Below, piece by piece: positions 17,108-25,831 of a stretch of DNA of 32,403 nucleotides. The notes under the pieces were generated by a model, which saw only the letters and a program-made list of their open reading frames with translations, was not told where the DNA came from and did no database searches. The DNA is from a virus: positions 1 through 32,403 of the IMG/VR virus record IMGVR_UViG_3300027798_000005. One strand, written 5' to 3'. The position numbers were made by a program, and so were the translations under genes. Each line of letters begins with the position of its first letter. The first letter of the stretch is position 1.

Positions 17108-18376
17108 TTAGTAGACATAGTAATTACCTTTGTTTGGGTTTACATTAAACCACATACGCATCATTAAAGCATCCGAATAATCGGGCGACCTTCCAATACG
17201 TTTTTTAATTTCATCTTTACCCATTAGCCTTATTCGTGTTGTGTCAATTTCTTTTGGTAGTCTTACCATTTCAAGTTCTTCTGTAAGGTGCTTTTCTATT
17301 TTCTCATTGCAATTAACATACAATTCGTTTCTGTTTATTTTTTCAGCTAAATAGTAATAGCATTGGTCTTTTAATGACGCAAAATTATCTTTAATTCCAT
17401 TTACTTTTATTGGTACGCTATTATTTACAAATCCATTGCATCGAAGATAATCTACAACACCACCACCAACACCATCTTCATCTACTATAACATTGTTATC
17501 ATTTATATTATATTGTGTTTGTAAAGTCTTTATTTCGCTTACTATAAAATCAATCCGACTTATATCGTATTCTTTTATTTCTATTACTCTGAAATCATCC
17601 CAAACATAAACAACTGTTTTATCTTTTCCTAATCGTGCAATATCGGCTGTAATATATTTTATACCGCTTTCAATATGTGTATTAGAAAATACTTTAACTA
17701 TTGATTGATTGTTTATTAATTGTCCTTCATCTTCGCTTGCTTCGGCTTCGTAAAGTTCTTTAAAAATCTTTTCTGGTAAATCTTTTTTTGCTTGCAGTAC
17801 TTCATCTTCTGACAATATGCCCTCACGAATTGCATCCCAACAAGTTACTTTAAAGTAAGCATAGTTTTTATCTGTTTTAGACTTGTCTTTTAACTTATGT
17901 ACCCAATTAGATATACCGCCAAAGTTACCAATTAATTTACAAGGTGCTTCTGTTGCTGTTAAAGTTGAACGCAAAGCAAACCACGCATCTTCTTTAGCTC
18001 TCGGTGCTTCATCAAATACACACGCATAAACATCTTCTCCATATAAGTTATCAGGATTGTCTGCTGATTTAAAATGTATTTCCGCACCATTCGGACACGT
18101 TATAATTAAATTACTTTCGTTAAAATTATAAACGCCATAACGTGATAAGTTACGGCGTAATCTTTTAAATGCAATTTTAGATTGAGAGAATACAGGAGCA
18201 ACCCACCAATAATTTTTACCATCTCCATTTTCGTATTCGTGAGCCTTACCAAATAACCAAATAATATGCGAGTGTGTTTTACCTACTTTAGTACTTGCTT
18301 CTGTAATTGTAAAACGTGCATCACAAAATAATATATCTTTTTGATAAGATGTTAAATGTGGCTTGTTTATTTCCAT
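17108..18376 (-). CDS. terL: Terminase large subunit
   Basis: Walker A-like EASTKVGKTHS, Walker B VFDEAP, and a C-terminal nuclease-type ADIARLGKDKTV motif. It overlaps the TerS-like gene. Confidence 0.85.
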   Translation of the reverse strand: MEINKPHLTSYQKDILFCDARFTITEASTKVGKTHSHIIWLFGKAHEYENGDGKNYWWVAPVFSQSKIAFKRLRRNLSRYGVYNFNESNLIITCPNGAEIHFKSADNPDNLYGEDVYACVFDEAPRAKEDAWFALRSTLTATEAPCKLIGNFGGISNWVHKLKDKSKTDKNYAYFKVTCWDAIREGILSEDEVLQAKKDLPEKIFKELYEAEASEDEGQLINNQSIVKVFSNTHIESGIKYITADIARLGKDKTVVYVWDDFRVIEIKEYDISRIDFIVSEIKTLQTQYNINDNNVIVDEDGVGGGVVDYLRCNGFVNNSVPIKVNGIKDNFASLKDQCYYYLAEKINRNELYVNCNEKIEKHLTEELEMVRLPKEIDTTRIRLMGKDEIKKRIGRSPDYSDALMMRMWFNVNPNKGNYYVY

Positions 18377-18627
18377 TCATTCATATCAATTTTAGGAAAT
18401 TGTAATTCTGTTTTCTGTTCTATTGTTTGTTTAGGTAGTCCGTATCTATAACTTAACCAAAGTTTAATTGCATTTACATCGCTATCTAATACCTTTGCAT
18501 ATAGCATTTTCCAAACTGTATCTGGTACAGTAATAGCATCCATAGACTCGATTAAAGATATAACTTCATCTTTTTTTAATCTACCTGAATTTGGTCTTGC
18601 TCCACCTCTTTTTTTTGGTTCATTCAT
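18367..18627 (-). CDS. Putative terminase small subunit / DNA-binding protein
   Basis: Basic N-terminus KKRGGARPNSGRLKK and a position immediately upstream of, and overlapping, terL. Confidence 0.45.
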   Translation of the reverse strand: MNEPKKRGGARPNSGRLKKDEVISLIESMDAITVPDTVWKMLYAKVLDSDVNAIKLWLSYRYGLPKQTIEQKTELQFPKIDMNEWK

Positions 18628-18649
18628 ATTGAAAAAATTTGAAATCCAA

Positions 18650-18844
18650 TTATTCTTTTCTCATTTCTTTAGTAGTATATTCTAATTTTAATACAATTCT
18701 ATCAAAATTTTCATCTGTAAAATTAACTTGCGTTTCGCTTAAATCTTCATTATCTAATTTTCCTGACTTAATATAAGTTATAAAGTCCTCTAATACTTTT
18801 ATAGAGTTTTTTTTAAACCTATCTTTATCAATATTATTGTTCAT
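18650..18844 (-). CDS. Hypothetical protein (64 aa from the first ATG)
   Basis: The track start at 18871 is a TTG. The first ATG, at 18842-18844, gives MNNNIDKDRF... with an 11-nt overlap to the upstream gene. Confidence 0.45.
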   Translation of the reverse strand: MNNNIDKDRFKKNSIKVLEDFITYIKSGKLDNEDLSETQVNFTDENFDRIVLKLEYTTKEMRKE

Positions 18845-19211
18845 TTGTCTGCACCTCGTAAACACGTTCAATTTCTCTTATCATATCACGCCAGCAAGAA
18901 CCGCAAGAAGTTGTCTTAAAATCAATGCTAAACACTTCCTTGTAAATAATCTTTAAACGTTCCTGTACTTTAATTGTAAGTTGTTCCGGTTTGTTTGGTA
19001 AGAAGTCAGCTAACCAAGTAACGTTATCTTCTGAAATGCAATTTGGCTGTCTATAACTCCAAAGTTTATTAAGTGCATCTTTACGTTCTTCACATCCGCA
19101 GTCGATTCCTGTTACTTCTGAAATTTTATCTACAACGGCTTTTATACCTGTTGCAGTTGTGATTTGTTCTATTGTGTCGCCAAGTCCTTTTGGCTTTCTT
19201 CCTCTTGCCAT
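18834..19211 (-). CDS. Hypothetical Cys-motif protein (125 aa)
   Basis: Basic N-terminus MARGRKPKGLGDTIE, then DCGCEERK and CGSCW motifs. Confidence 0.5.
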   Translation of the reverse strand: MARGRKPKGLGDTIEQITTATGIKAVVDKISEVTGIDCGCEERKDALNKLWSYRQPNCISEDNVTWLADFLPNKPEQLTIKVQERLKIIYKEVFSIDFKTTSCGSCWRDMIREIERVYEVQTNEQ

Positions 19212-19214
19212 TTG

Positions 19215-19391
19215 TTATAATTTTATGTTATTTCTTAAAGTAGTGATTTCTAATTTAAGATTTTTAATAATTTCGTTAGAAGCTTTATTCATATTTTCTA
19301 AATCTTTATTTTTTTTATTTAATTTAAAATTTTCAATTTTAGCCTCAACTAACTTATCAATAAAAATTTCTAATATTTCTTCGTTATCCAT
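19215..19391 (-). CDS. Small coiled-coil ORF (58 aa, below the ORF-track cutoff)
   Basis: Hand-translated as MDNEEILEIFIDKLVEAKIENFKLNKKNKDLENMNKASNEIIKNLKLEITTLRNNIKL. It fills the gap between 19397 and 19211 with 5-nt and 3-nt spacers. Confidence 0.5.
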   Translation of the reverse strand: MDNEEILEIFIDKLVEAKIENFKLNKKNKDLENMNKASNEIIKNLKLEITTLRNNIKL

Positions 19392-19396
19392 ATTTT

Positions 19397-19885
19397 TTAT
19401 TTTAAATTGTTATAATCTTCTTGAAACAACTCTCTTAATTTTTTCTTGTGTGCTTTTAGCGAGTGGAATATAGATACAAAACTTATGCCAGTTTCTTTTG
19501 CTAATTTACGCATAGATATATCGTTATCCCTATAAATTGTAAATAGCTTTTTATCGTACATATCCCAACTATTAACCTCTGCTTCGCATTTGGTTCTAAA
19601 CTTATACCATTCAATTTCGTAATCTTCATCAAAGTTATCTTCTATTGGTACGTCAATTTGTTGTTCTGTTACAAATTTATTATAAAAAGTTTGTAGATAT
19701 ACGGAACGAATTACAATAAAAATATAACCTTTGTTTAGTTTACCATTTGTAAAGCATTTTTCTTCGCTTGAATACTGGTGCAATTTTAAATAAGTTTCGG
19801 AAACTATATCTTCGCAGTAAGACTTATCAAATATCTTTGCGTATTCGATAAGTTGTTTATGATGTTGAAATAGTTTCTCTAACAT
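19397..19885 (-). CDS. ECF-type sigma-70-like factor, candidate late transcription factor
   Basis: A region-2-like EDIVSETYLKLHQY...GYIFIVIRSVY segment and a region-4-like HTH LFTIYRDNDISMRKLAKETGISFVSIFHSLKAHKKKLRELF. Confidence 0.5.
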   Translation of the reverse strand: MLEKLFQHHKQLIEYAKIFDKSYCEDIVSETYLKLHQYSSEEKCFTNGKLNKGYIFIVIRSVYLQTFYNKFVTEQQIDVPIEDNFDEDYEIEWYKFRTKCEAEVNSWDMYDKKLFTIYRDNDISMRKLAKETGISFVSIFHSLKAHKKKLRELFQEDYNNLK

Positions 19886-19968
19886 TTTTTAAAATAAATC
19901 AGGAATAGCCAAACCTGAATTAATAACCTTAAATATATAAGCCATTGTAAGAACGTTGCTATTTTTTA

Positions 19969-19976
19969 CAAATGTA
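19969..19976 (-). promoter_or_regulatory. Bacteroidota-type -7 box (TACATTTG on the minus strand)
   Basis: The plus strand reads CAAATGTA. TTTG candidates lie 15 and 22 nt further upstream. The box sits in the 110-nt gap ahead of the sigma-like gene. Confidence 0.5.
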
Positions 19977-19995
19977 TACAAAAAATAAATACAAA

Positions 19996-20256
19996 TTACA
20001 AATTTATTTTTTCAAAGCTAAAAAAATTATCAAAATAATCAATTTCGATATTAAAACCTTCTTGTAAATGTGATTTATCTGTGTATCGATATTCTAAAAC
20101 CCAATGCCAATGTTCGCTTTTATCAATCCATTTTGATGGTTTGCGAGTTTCTTTTACTACTCCAATAAGTCGGAAAGGTCTACCTGTATCACCAACTTGT
20201 AAACGTAAATCGGTGTAAATTTCTTTTCCTTTAGGAAGTTTTAAAATCACATTCAT
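19996..20256 (-). CDS. Hypothetical protein (86 aa)
   Basis: ATG ORF overlapping the VRR-NUC gene's end. Confidence 0.5.
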   Translation of the reverse strand: MNVILKLPKGKEIYTDLRLQVGDTGRPFRLIGVVKETRKPSKWIDKSEHWHWVLEYRYTDKSHLQEGFNIEIDYFDNFFSFEKINL

Positions 20257-20491
20257 AGTCTTGCCATATTTTTACGTTTAAACCTTTTGCTCTCATTTCT
20301 TCAATTCTATACTTTTGTATTTGTGATAAAACTCCCTTTGGTTTTTTGACTTCTATAAAAGTAGCTACATTATTTTTATCAACCGCTAATAAATCCATAA
20401 TGCCATTTTTATTAGTACGAATTAATTTAAGAACGAAGTAACCTTCTGCTTCTAACTTTTTTATTATTTTGTGTTGTATCTTTGATTCCAT
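20231..20491 (-). CDS. VRR-NUC domain nuclease
   Basis: GIMDLLAV...ATFIEVKKPKGVLSQIQ matches the D..(E/D)xK plus Q pattern of VRR-NUC. Confidence 0.75.
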   Translation of the reverse strand: MESKIQHKIIKKLEAEGYFVLKLIRTNKNGIMDLLAVDKNNVATFIEVKKPKGVLSQIQKYRIEEMRAKGLNVKIWQDYECDFKTS

Positions 20492-21713
20492 ATTGCTTTT
20501 TGAAAATTGAGTTGGTATAATCTAATTTTTTTGAAACTGCATTGTAAATATTTTGTTCTATTCCATTTTTTGAAAATATCCAAAATACGTTATTAACTTC
20601 CCTATCTTTTGTGGTTAATCTATCTTTACTTTGAAAGTAACTAACTGCACTGAATTGTATGTTAAGCATAATTAAAGCATCGGCTTTCGCTAAACTAATA
20701 CCTTCACGACCTGAAACTATTTGAAGTGCTATCCATTTATCAGTTGTATTAAATTCATCTAAATCAGTTGTCAATTTATTGCCAAACGTTTCTTTTAACA
20801 TATCAAGTTCCGCTACAAAGTTATAAAATATTGCTATCTTATTATCTTTAAATTTTTCTTTAATAAATAACGCCTTTGAATTGTCTATTATTTGCGTTGT
20901 GCCATCCTCATATTTTATAGTTCCGCTACAAAGTTGATGTATCTTTTGCTGCAACTTAACAGCTGTATCTGCTACAATTGTTTTGCCACTTATTGAAGAA
21001 GTTACAACTAAATCCTTTTTTAACTTATCTATAATTTTATAAATTATTGGTTGCATTTCAACTTCTAAAACCATTTCATTAACGTTGGATGTAAACCCAG
21101 CTTCTGCTTGAGTATAGGTTAAAATATAATATCTACATAAATGCCAAAACTCTTTTTTATTAGCATCTGAATAATCGTTTACTGTTGCATATCCTAAACG
21201 CTTTTGAGTTATGTTTACGTATTCATTTGCCCACTTATAAAAATTCTTATGATCATTAAAAGGGTGGTGGTTTGAAAGCGTAAACAAATGGTAAAATTGT
21301 GAGTAGCTTTCAGGAGTTGGAGTTCCTGAAAGCATTATCATAGGTAAATTCCCAAAACGTTGCTTAATATCTTTATAACACTTCGATGGTTTTGGATATG
21401 AAGTATATCCGTGAACCTCATCTATTATAACCACATCAAAATTGTTATTGGTAATCGTGTGTAATGATTCACGATTGATAGCAATTAAATCAAATGTAAA
21501 TCCAAAATTAATATAATCGGATTCAATACTTGAAATTGCTTTCTTTTTAGTTATAAATAAAACTGATTTGGCTTTAAAGTTTTGGCAAGTTTGAAGTGCC
21601 ATTAAAGTTTTACCTGTTCTAACTTGTGCAAATATGCAAACTAACTTTTTACGTTGTAAAATTTCAGATGCTTCATTTGAAATTTTTATTTGATAATCTC
21701 TTAATTTATTCAT
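20427..21713 (-). CDS. SNF2/DEAD-like superfamily 2 helicase
   Basis: LRDYQ, the Walker A motif AQVRTGKT, DEVH (VIIDEVH) and LSGTP motifs are present in order. Confidence 0.8.
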   Translation of the reverse strand: MNKLRDYQIKISNEASEILQRKKLVCIFAQVRTGKTLMALQTCQNFKAKSVLFITKKKAISSIESDYINFGFTFDLIAINRESLHTITNNNFDVVIIDEVHGYTSYPKPSKCYKDIKQRFGNLPMIMLSGTPTPESYSQFYHLFTLSNHHPFNDHKNFYKWANEYVNITQKRLGYATVNDYSDANKKEFWHLCRYYILTYTQAEAGFTSNVNEMVLEVEMQPIIYKIIDKLKKDLVVTSSISGKTIVADTAVKLQQKIHQLCSGTIKYEDGTTQIIDNSKALFIKEKFKDNKIAIFYNFVAELDMLKETFGNKLTTDLDEFNTTDKWIALQIVSGREGISLAKADALIMLNIQFSAVSYFQSKDRLTTKDREVNNVFWIFSKNGIEQNIYNAVSKKLDYTNSIFKKQYGIKDTTQNNKKVRSRRLLRS

Positions 21714-21891
21714 AAGATTTAAAAGTTACAGGATATTTAGACAAAAAAGTAATTACTTCTTTTAGTTTAGCAAATTTAATATACTTTCCATTTTTATCTA
21801 AAACCTTTACCATTTCAATAATTATTTTAGGTTCATTATTTATAAAATCAAACCTATATTTTACTATTTCAAAACTACCTATATTTTCCAT
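21706..21891 (-). CDS. Hypothetical protein (61 aa)
   Basis: ATG ORF with a 1-nt spacer to the primase gene and an 8-nt overlap with the helicase gene. Confidence 0.45.
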   Translation of the reverse strand: MENIGSFEIVKYRFDFINNEPKIIIEMVKVLDKNGKYIKFAKLKEVITFLSKYPVTFKSYE

Positions 21892-21892
21892 A

Positions 21893-24214
21893 TTAAAACA
21901 TTATATCGTTATCATCTTCAACTTCTGTACCTAACATAAACCAACGCATACCATTAGTATTTCCTTCAGTATATTCTAACTTTTTAAAAGTGGCAAACTT
22001 ATTAACCCAAATGTTGAATTTCTTTCTTGTTAGCCATTTTTTAAAATCTTGATATTCTTCAGTAAATTTTACAAAGTATTGTGTTTTATCATTTCTAATA
22101 CCTATTGGAAAATTGTCTTTATCATTTATCCATTCGTAAAATTCCATACAAGTTTCTGCAATAAATTTACGCATTTTTAAGTTTTTAGCATTTTGAATAA
22201 CTAAACCGCTTTTTAAATATACTTGCAAACAATAAACCATATAATTATCAAACTTTTGAAACTCTAATATTTCCCAATCATCAAATAATTGTTTCCCAAA
22301 TTCATCATAAGGTGTTAAGTTTTTGCCATAATATTGAGCAATTTCTAACTCAAATCTTCTTCTATCGTGTGAGTTACCTTCTCCTTTAATCGCATAATTT
22401 GTACTAATAACCATCTTTGGACTTTCCTCAACTTTTAATCGAATAGCGTCTTTATTTTTACGCTCTAAAGTCATCCCTTCAGTTACTAAACTAAATTTAC
22501 TTTCAAAATCAAAATTCTTTTTAACATCATCAAATACTAATACTTGCGTTTCTGGACTTACTGTCTGATACGGAAAAGATTTTTTATCATCAAATGTTTT
22601 ACCATCTAAAATTGACACCCTTCTTATTTGTCTTAAACCCTGAACAAACAAACCTTTTCCTGTTCCGCCTTCAGGATTTTCAGATATAACCTCATCATTT
22701 AAAATAACTGCTTTGTTATTCATTTTATTTTTATATGTAGATAAAAGATAACCAATAACGCTTTCAATTGACAAAGGTTCTCCTGAAGATATATTATTTA
22801 TAAAAGTTTTATACTCATTATTAAAATCTTCTAAACTTTCCCAATCCCTTGGTATTATTTGAGAATCCCAAACATACCCATTAACATCTATATAATCTAT
22901 TAATTTAATTTGGTGCTTATTTACTTCTAATATACCATTTTTAAAAGCTAAATAAGAAGTAGTTTTAGTATCTTTTAACATCATCAATTCAACTGTTTCA
23001 ATCATTGCTAAAAGGTTTTCAGAAAATAAATTTTGATAACCAGCACAATATTTCCAAACATCTATTTGTTGTCTTTGTATTAAATAATCTAAAACAAAAT
23101 CCTTTATCTTTTCTATTGAAGTTTCAACAACTTTATTTGATTGAATAAAAAGCCAAGTAGGTTTTTGAGAACCATCAGGGAAATATTTTTTAAATCCGTT
23201 GCGTTCCAAAAACAATTTATATTTTAAAAGGTCAATTTGAATTTTATTTTTTTCGTTTAAAAACCAAAAATCTTCGTGTTCTAATTCTTCCTTTATTTCG
23301 TTATAAACATCCTCCTCAATGTTATGCTTTTTTAATACTTCTTTTTTGCCTTTCTTTAAATCAGATTTTATAGAATCAATTTTATTAAAATCTTCAAAAT
23401 ACTTAATATCAAAGTTTCTTTTTTTATATGCACTTTTAATTGTTGTTGTAGCTTCCTTTTCTGAAAAGTCACCAATAACAACATTATTTAAAATATAACC
23501 TTCTGCGGTTGTTTGGCTAATACCATATTCACAAAAAGCACCAGCTAAATCAAATATAAAAGAGTTACGTTCTCCTTCTCTAAAATCTTTTTTCCAATTC
23601 CATAACATTATTTTAGATATTATTTTATCTTCATCAGTAATCGGAACAAGTGGAACTCTATCAGAAATATTAAACCCTTCATCTTTTAAAATAGGTTCAA
23701 ATAATTCTGCTTCAAAATTTACATAAATATTAGGGTCATAACTTTCAAAACATACCCTATCTATATTTGAGTTAACAATATCGAAATAATCATATTCAAA
23801 TTGATTTTGAAACTCTTTAAATACTTTTGGATGTGTTTCTTTAGTTAATTCATTTGATACCCTTATAACCCCTTTTATTCCATTTCCTGAAGGAGATATA
23901 AAAAGAAGTATAAAATGTTTATTCTGTTTTAATAATTCCAAATGATTAAACATAGCTTCTTCATTTGGATATTTATCAAAATCCATAATCATTAAACCTG
24001 AATGCTCTTTTAAAGAATTCGAATTTCGTTCATTAAAAACTCCTGAAAATAAAATACAAGGTAATTTGTTTTTGTTTTCCTTATTACCATTTCTAATACT
24101 TTCAACAAGTTCTTTTGAAGCACCCTGTTTAATTCTTTTAATAATCTTTTCAATTGGAACGTGAAAAGGAACGTCTTTTGACTTATACAAGTCTTTAAAT
24201 ACTGATACTATCAT
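21893..24214 (-). CDS. DNA primase / superfamily 3 helicase fusion (VirE-N/primase-like N-terminus, P-loop C-terminus)
   Basis: The N-terminal segment LPCILFSGVF...GLMIMDFD...FISPSGNGIKGVIRV resembles a VirE/BT4734-type primase domain. The C-terminal part has Walker A PEGGTGKGLF and Walker B LVFDDV. Confidence 0.7.
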   Translation of the reverse strand: MIVSVFKDLYKSKDVPFHVPIEKIIKRIKQGASKELVESIRNGNKENKNKLPCILFSGVFNERNSNSLKEHSGLMIMDFDKYPNEEAMFNHLELLKQNKHFILLFISPSGNGIKGVIRVSNELTKETHPKVFKEFQNQFEYDYFDIVNSNIDRVCFESYDPNIYVNFEAELFEPILKDEGFNISDRVPLVPITDEDKIISKIMLWNWKKDFREGERNSFIFDLAGAFCEYGISQTTAEGYILNNVVIGDFSEKEATTTIKSAYKKRNFDIKYFEDFNKIDSIKSDLKKGKKEVLKKHNIEEDVYNEIKEELEHEDFWFLNEKNKIQIDLLKYKLFLERNGFKKYFPDGSQKPTWLFIQSNKVVETSIEKIKDFVLDYLIQRQQIDVWKYCAGYQNLFSENLLAMIETVELMMLKDTKTTSYLAFKNGILEVNKHQIKLIDYIDVNGYVWDSQIIPRDWESLEDFNNEYKTFINNISSGEPLSIESVIGYLLSTYKNKMNNKAVILNDEVISENPEGGTGKGLFVQGLRQIRRVSILDGKTFDDKKSFPYQTVSPETQVLVFDDVKKNFDFESKFSLVTEGMTLERKNKDAIRLKVEESPKMVISTNYAIKGEGNSHDRRRFELEIAQYYGKNLTPYDEFGKQLFDDWEILEFQKFDNYMVYCLQVYLKSGLVIQNAKNLKMRKFIAETCMEFYEWINDKDNFPIGIRNDKTQYFVKFTEEYQDFKKWLTRKKFNIWVNKFATFKKLEYTEGNTNGMRWFMLGTEVEDDNDIMF

Positions 24215-24228
24215 ATAATTTTAAAAAA

Positions 24229-24269
24229 GAGAAAACCCACTAAAGGCTCAACTCTTTAATGGGTTTCTC
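24229..24269 (-). promoter_or_regulatory. Strong hairpin plus U6 located 14 nt upstream of the primase ATG (leader terminator / attenuator-like)
   Basis: The minus-strand RNA reads GAGAAACCCA(U)UAAAG-8 nt-CUUUA(G)UGGGUUUUCUC followed by UUUUUU. It lies between the -7 box at 24326 and the ATG at 24214. Confidence 0.5.
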
Positions 24270-24273
24270 GGTT

Positions 24274-24291
24274 ACGTTAAAATTTTAACGT
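24274..24291. promoter_or_regulatory. Perfect 18-bp palindrome ACGTTAAAATTTTAACGT, an operator-like site
   Basis: Read directly; the sequence is its own reverse complement. It lies between the promoter box and the leader hairpin. Confidence 0.5.
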
Positions 24292-24325
24292 TAAACTTTC
24301 GATGTAGGTTGAGCGTCTACAAATG

Positions 24326-24333
24326 CAAATATA
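24326..24333 (-). promoter_or_regulatory. Bacteroidota-type -7 box (TATATTTG on the minus strand)
   Basis: The plus strand reads CAAATATA, about 110 nt upstream of the primase ATG. Confidence 0.45.
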
Positions 24334-24364
24334 CAAAAAAAAATAATACAAAAAAAAATATTTT

Positions 24365-24465
24365 CGCAACACATTTTTACTTTTTTTTAGCAAAAAGTAC
24401 CCCCCCCTATACTTTTTTATTTTTATCTATAAAGGGTATATAGAAAAGGGTTAAAATGTGTTGCG
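24365..24465. repeat. 13-bp perfect inverted repeat (CGCAACACATTTT / AAAATGTGTTGCG) enclosing a 75-bp structured AT-rich core with a C8 tract
   Basis: Arms lie at 24365-24377 and 24453-24465. Inside are TACTTTTT/AAAAAGTA (24378-85 / 24392-99), the C8 tract (24400-07) and CTATA/TATAG (24427-31 / 24439-43). Adjacent is a 15-bp tandem TACAAAAAAAAATAW x2 at 24332-24361. Confidence 0.7.
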
Positions 24466-24471
24466 TAAGAA

Positions 24472-24500
24472 TAAAAAAACCACTCCGTTAAGAGTGGTTT
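24472..24500 (-). terminator. Rho-independent terminator
   Basis: The minus-strand RNA reads (AAA)CCACUC-UUAACG-GAGUGG followed by UUUUUUU. It lies downstream of the SSB-like gene. Confidence 0.7.
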
Positions 24501-24522
24501 AAGCTTTGCCGAGCCTTGTTTA

Positions 24523-25239
24523 TTAATATGCTAAATCTTCTTCTTCTTCTAATATTTCAGGTTCATTTACTTCGATATTAGCAACTGGCTTTTTAAGATA
24601 CGATTGTAAATAAGAATCTAATATATCAAATACTTCATCGGCTTGTACGGATTCATCTTCTGTTAAAGATCGTTCAAATTTGAATTCTGGAGTATAAAAT
24701 GTAACAGCACCTTTTTTACCTTTTTTAGTGCTATCAATAATAATCCATTCATCGGCTAAACGTTTTTTAGATCGGTTAAAGAAATCTCCCCACTCCTTAA
24801 CGCAAGCACCTTTTAACTGAATATTAGCAAGCGTTCCATCTTCTAACATAACATAAATAGATTTATGATATTTAGCACCAGCAGAAACAACAGCGTCTTT
24901 AATATCTTTATAAAGTCCTTTTGCTATTGTTGTTTTAGTAGATTCGCCTTTTACGTTTTTGTGATAGCATACAGCGTTTAATTCCTGATCTGATACGGTC
25001 TTTACTTCGTTAGAAATAATTTGTCCACTTAAAGCATCACTCCAACCTTTTACGCTTTGCAATTGGTCAAGGAATAAAAATTTAAAAGGTAATTGAATTT
25101 TAACGTTTGCTTTTTCTTTGTCTTCAATGTCCTTATCATAATAAGAAAAACATTGATCATTTGATTTCCAGCTTAAGAATTTAGCAGCTGGATTTTTTGC
25201 AGTTTCGCCACCTGTAATGGCTTGTCTTCTTGTACTCAT
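24523..25239 (-). CDS. Putative ssDNA-binding protein with an acidic C-terminal tail
   Basis: The C-terminus EPEILEEEEDLAY (acidic, with an aromatic end) resembles phage SSB tails, and the gene lies in the replication module. The track start at 25278 is a TTG; the first ATG is at 25239 (MSTRRQ...). Confidence 0.4.
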   Translation of the reverse strand: MSTRRQAITGGETAKNPAAKFLSWKSNDQCFSYYDKDIEDKEKANVKIQLPFKFLFLDQLQSVKGWSDALSGQIISNEVKTVSDQELNAVCYHKNVKGESTKTTIAKGLYKDIKDAVVSAGAKYHKSIYVMLEDGTLANIQLKGACVKEWGDFFNRSKKRLADEWIIIDSTKKGKKGAVTFYTPEFKFERSLTEDESVQADEVFDILDSYLQSYLKKPVANIEVNEPEILEEEEDLAY

Positions 25240-25311
25240 AATATAAATAGTTTTACGGATTGGAATTATGCGAGCCAACCCTACCCGCTTTGAGTGATGT
25301 AAATATACAAA

Positions 25312-25761
25312 TTAAAACGATATACTCAAAGAACTTTTGCGTATATTCTCACTAACTTTTGGAACTTCAACACCCTCACTATCGTAAATAGTTTCATTTG
25401 ACTTTTTAGCCACTTTTAAAAGCATTTCTCTATCAGTCAAAGCTTGTTTAATTTGTTGCCATTTTTCATCCTCTGAATAGTTTGGAGTGCTTCCACCATT
25501 GCGATAAGTTCCTTTGATACCAAATGCTTCGAAGTTTTCACTTGGTAAACTACTTTTAAGCTCATCAGTAACGATTGTTAGTACTTCGTTTAATCTTACA
25601 GCCTGTGCGAATAATTCCACTTTGTCAACTTCGCCAGCATCTAATAAATCTGTTGTAAATTTCTTTGCAGAAAGTTGCAATTCCTTCTTACTTGGTAAAA
25701 AGTTAGTAGTGTTTAACTCCTGTTGAGCCATTAACTCGAATAATTGTTTTGATTTTCCCAT
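25312..25761 (-). CDS. Hypothetical protein (149 aa)
   Basis: ATG ORF 23 nt downstream of a TATATTTG box. Confidence 0.5.
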   Translation of the reverse strand: MGKSKQLFELMAQQELNTTNFLPSKKELQLSAKKFTTDLLDAGEVDKVELFAQAVRLNEVLTIVTDELKSSLPSENFEAFGIKGTYRNGGSTPNYSEDEKWQQIKQALTDREMLLKVAKKSNETIYDSEGVEVPKVSENIRKSSLSISF

Positions 25762-25784
25762 GTTTTTAAAGTTTTAAATTTTGT

Positions 25785-25792
25785 CAAATATA
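25785..25792 (-). promoter_or_regulatory. Bacteroidota-type -7 box (TATATTTG on the minus strand)
   Basis: The plus strand reads CAAATATA, 23 nt upstream of the ATG at 25761. The 20-nt shared early motif lies 12 nt further upstream. Confidence 0.55.
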
Positions 25793-25831
25793 CAAAATAT
25801 TTTATTATTTTATACTTTTTTATGTAATATT

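Noticed and set aside
19159-19473. 104-aa plus-strand ORF in the 19211-19397 gap
   Set aside because: It is low-complexity and Phe/Leu/Ile-rich, as expected from reading AT-rich sequence antisense, and it overlaps two minus-strand genes. A 58-aa minus-strand ORF (19215..19391) fits the gap exactly in the direction of the operon.
24400-24407. C8/G8 homopolymer as a phase-variation switch
   Set aside because: It is intergenic, not within an ORF or at a defined promoter spacer. I kept it only as a notable component of the ori/regulatory region.
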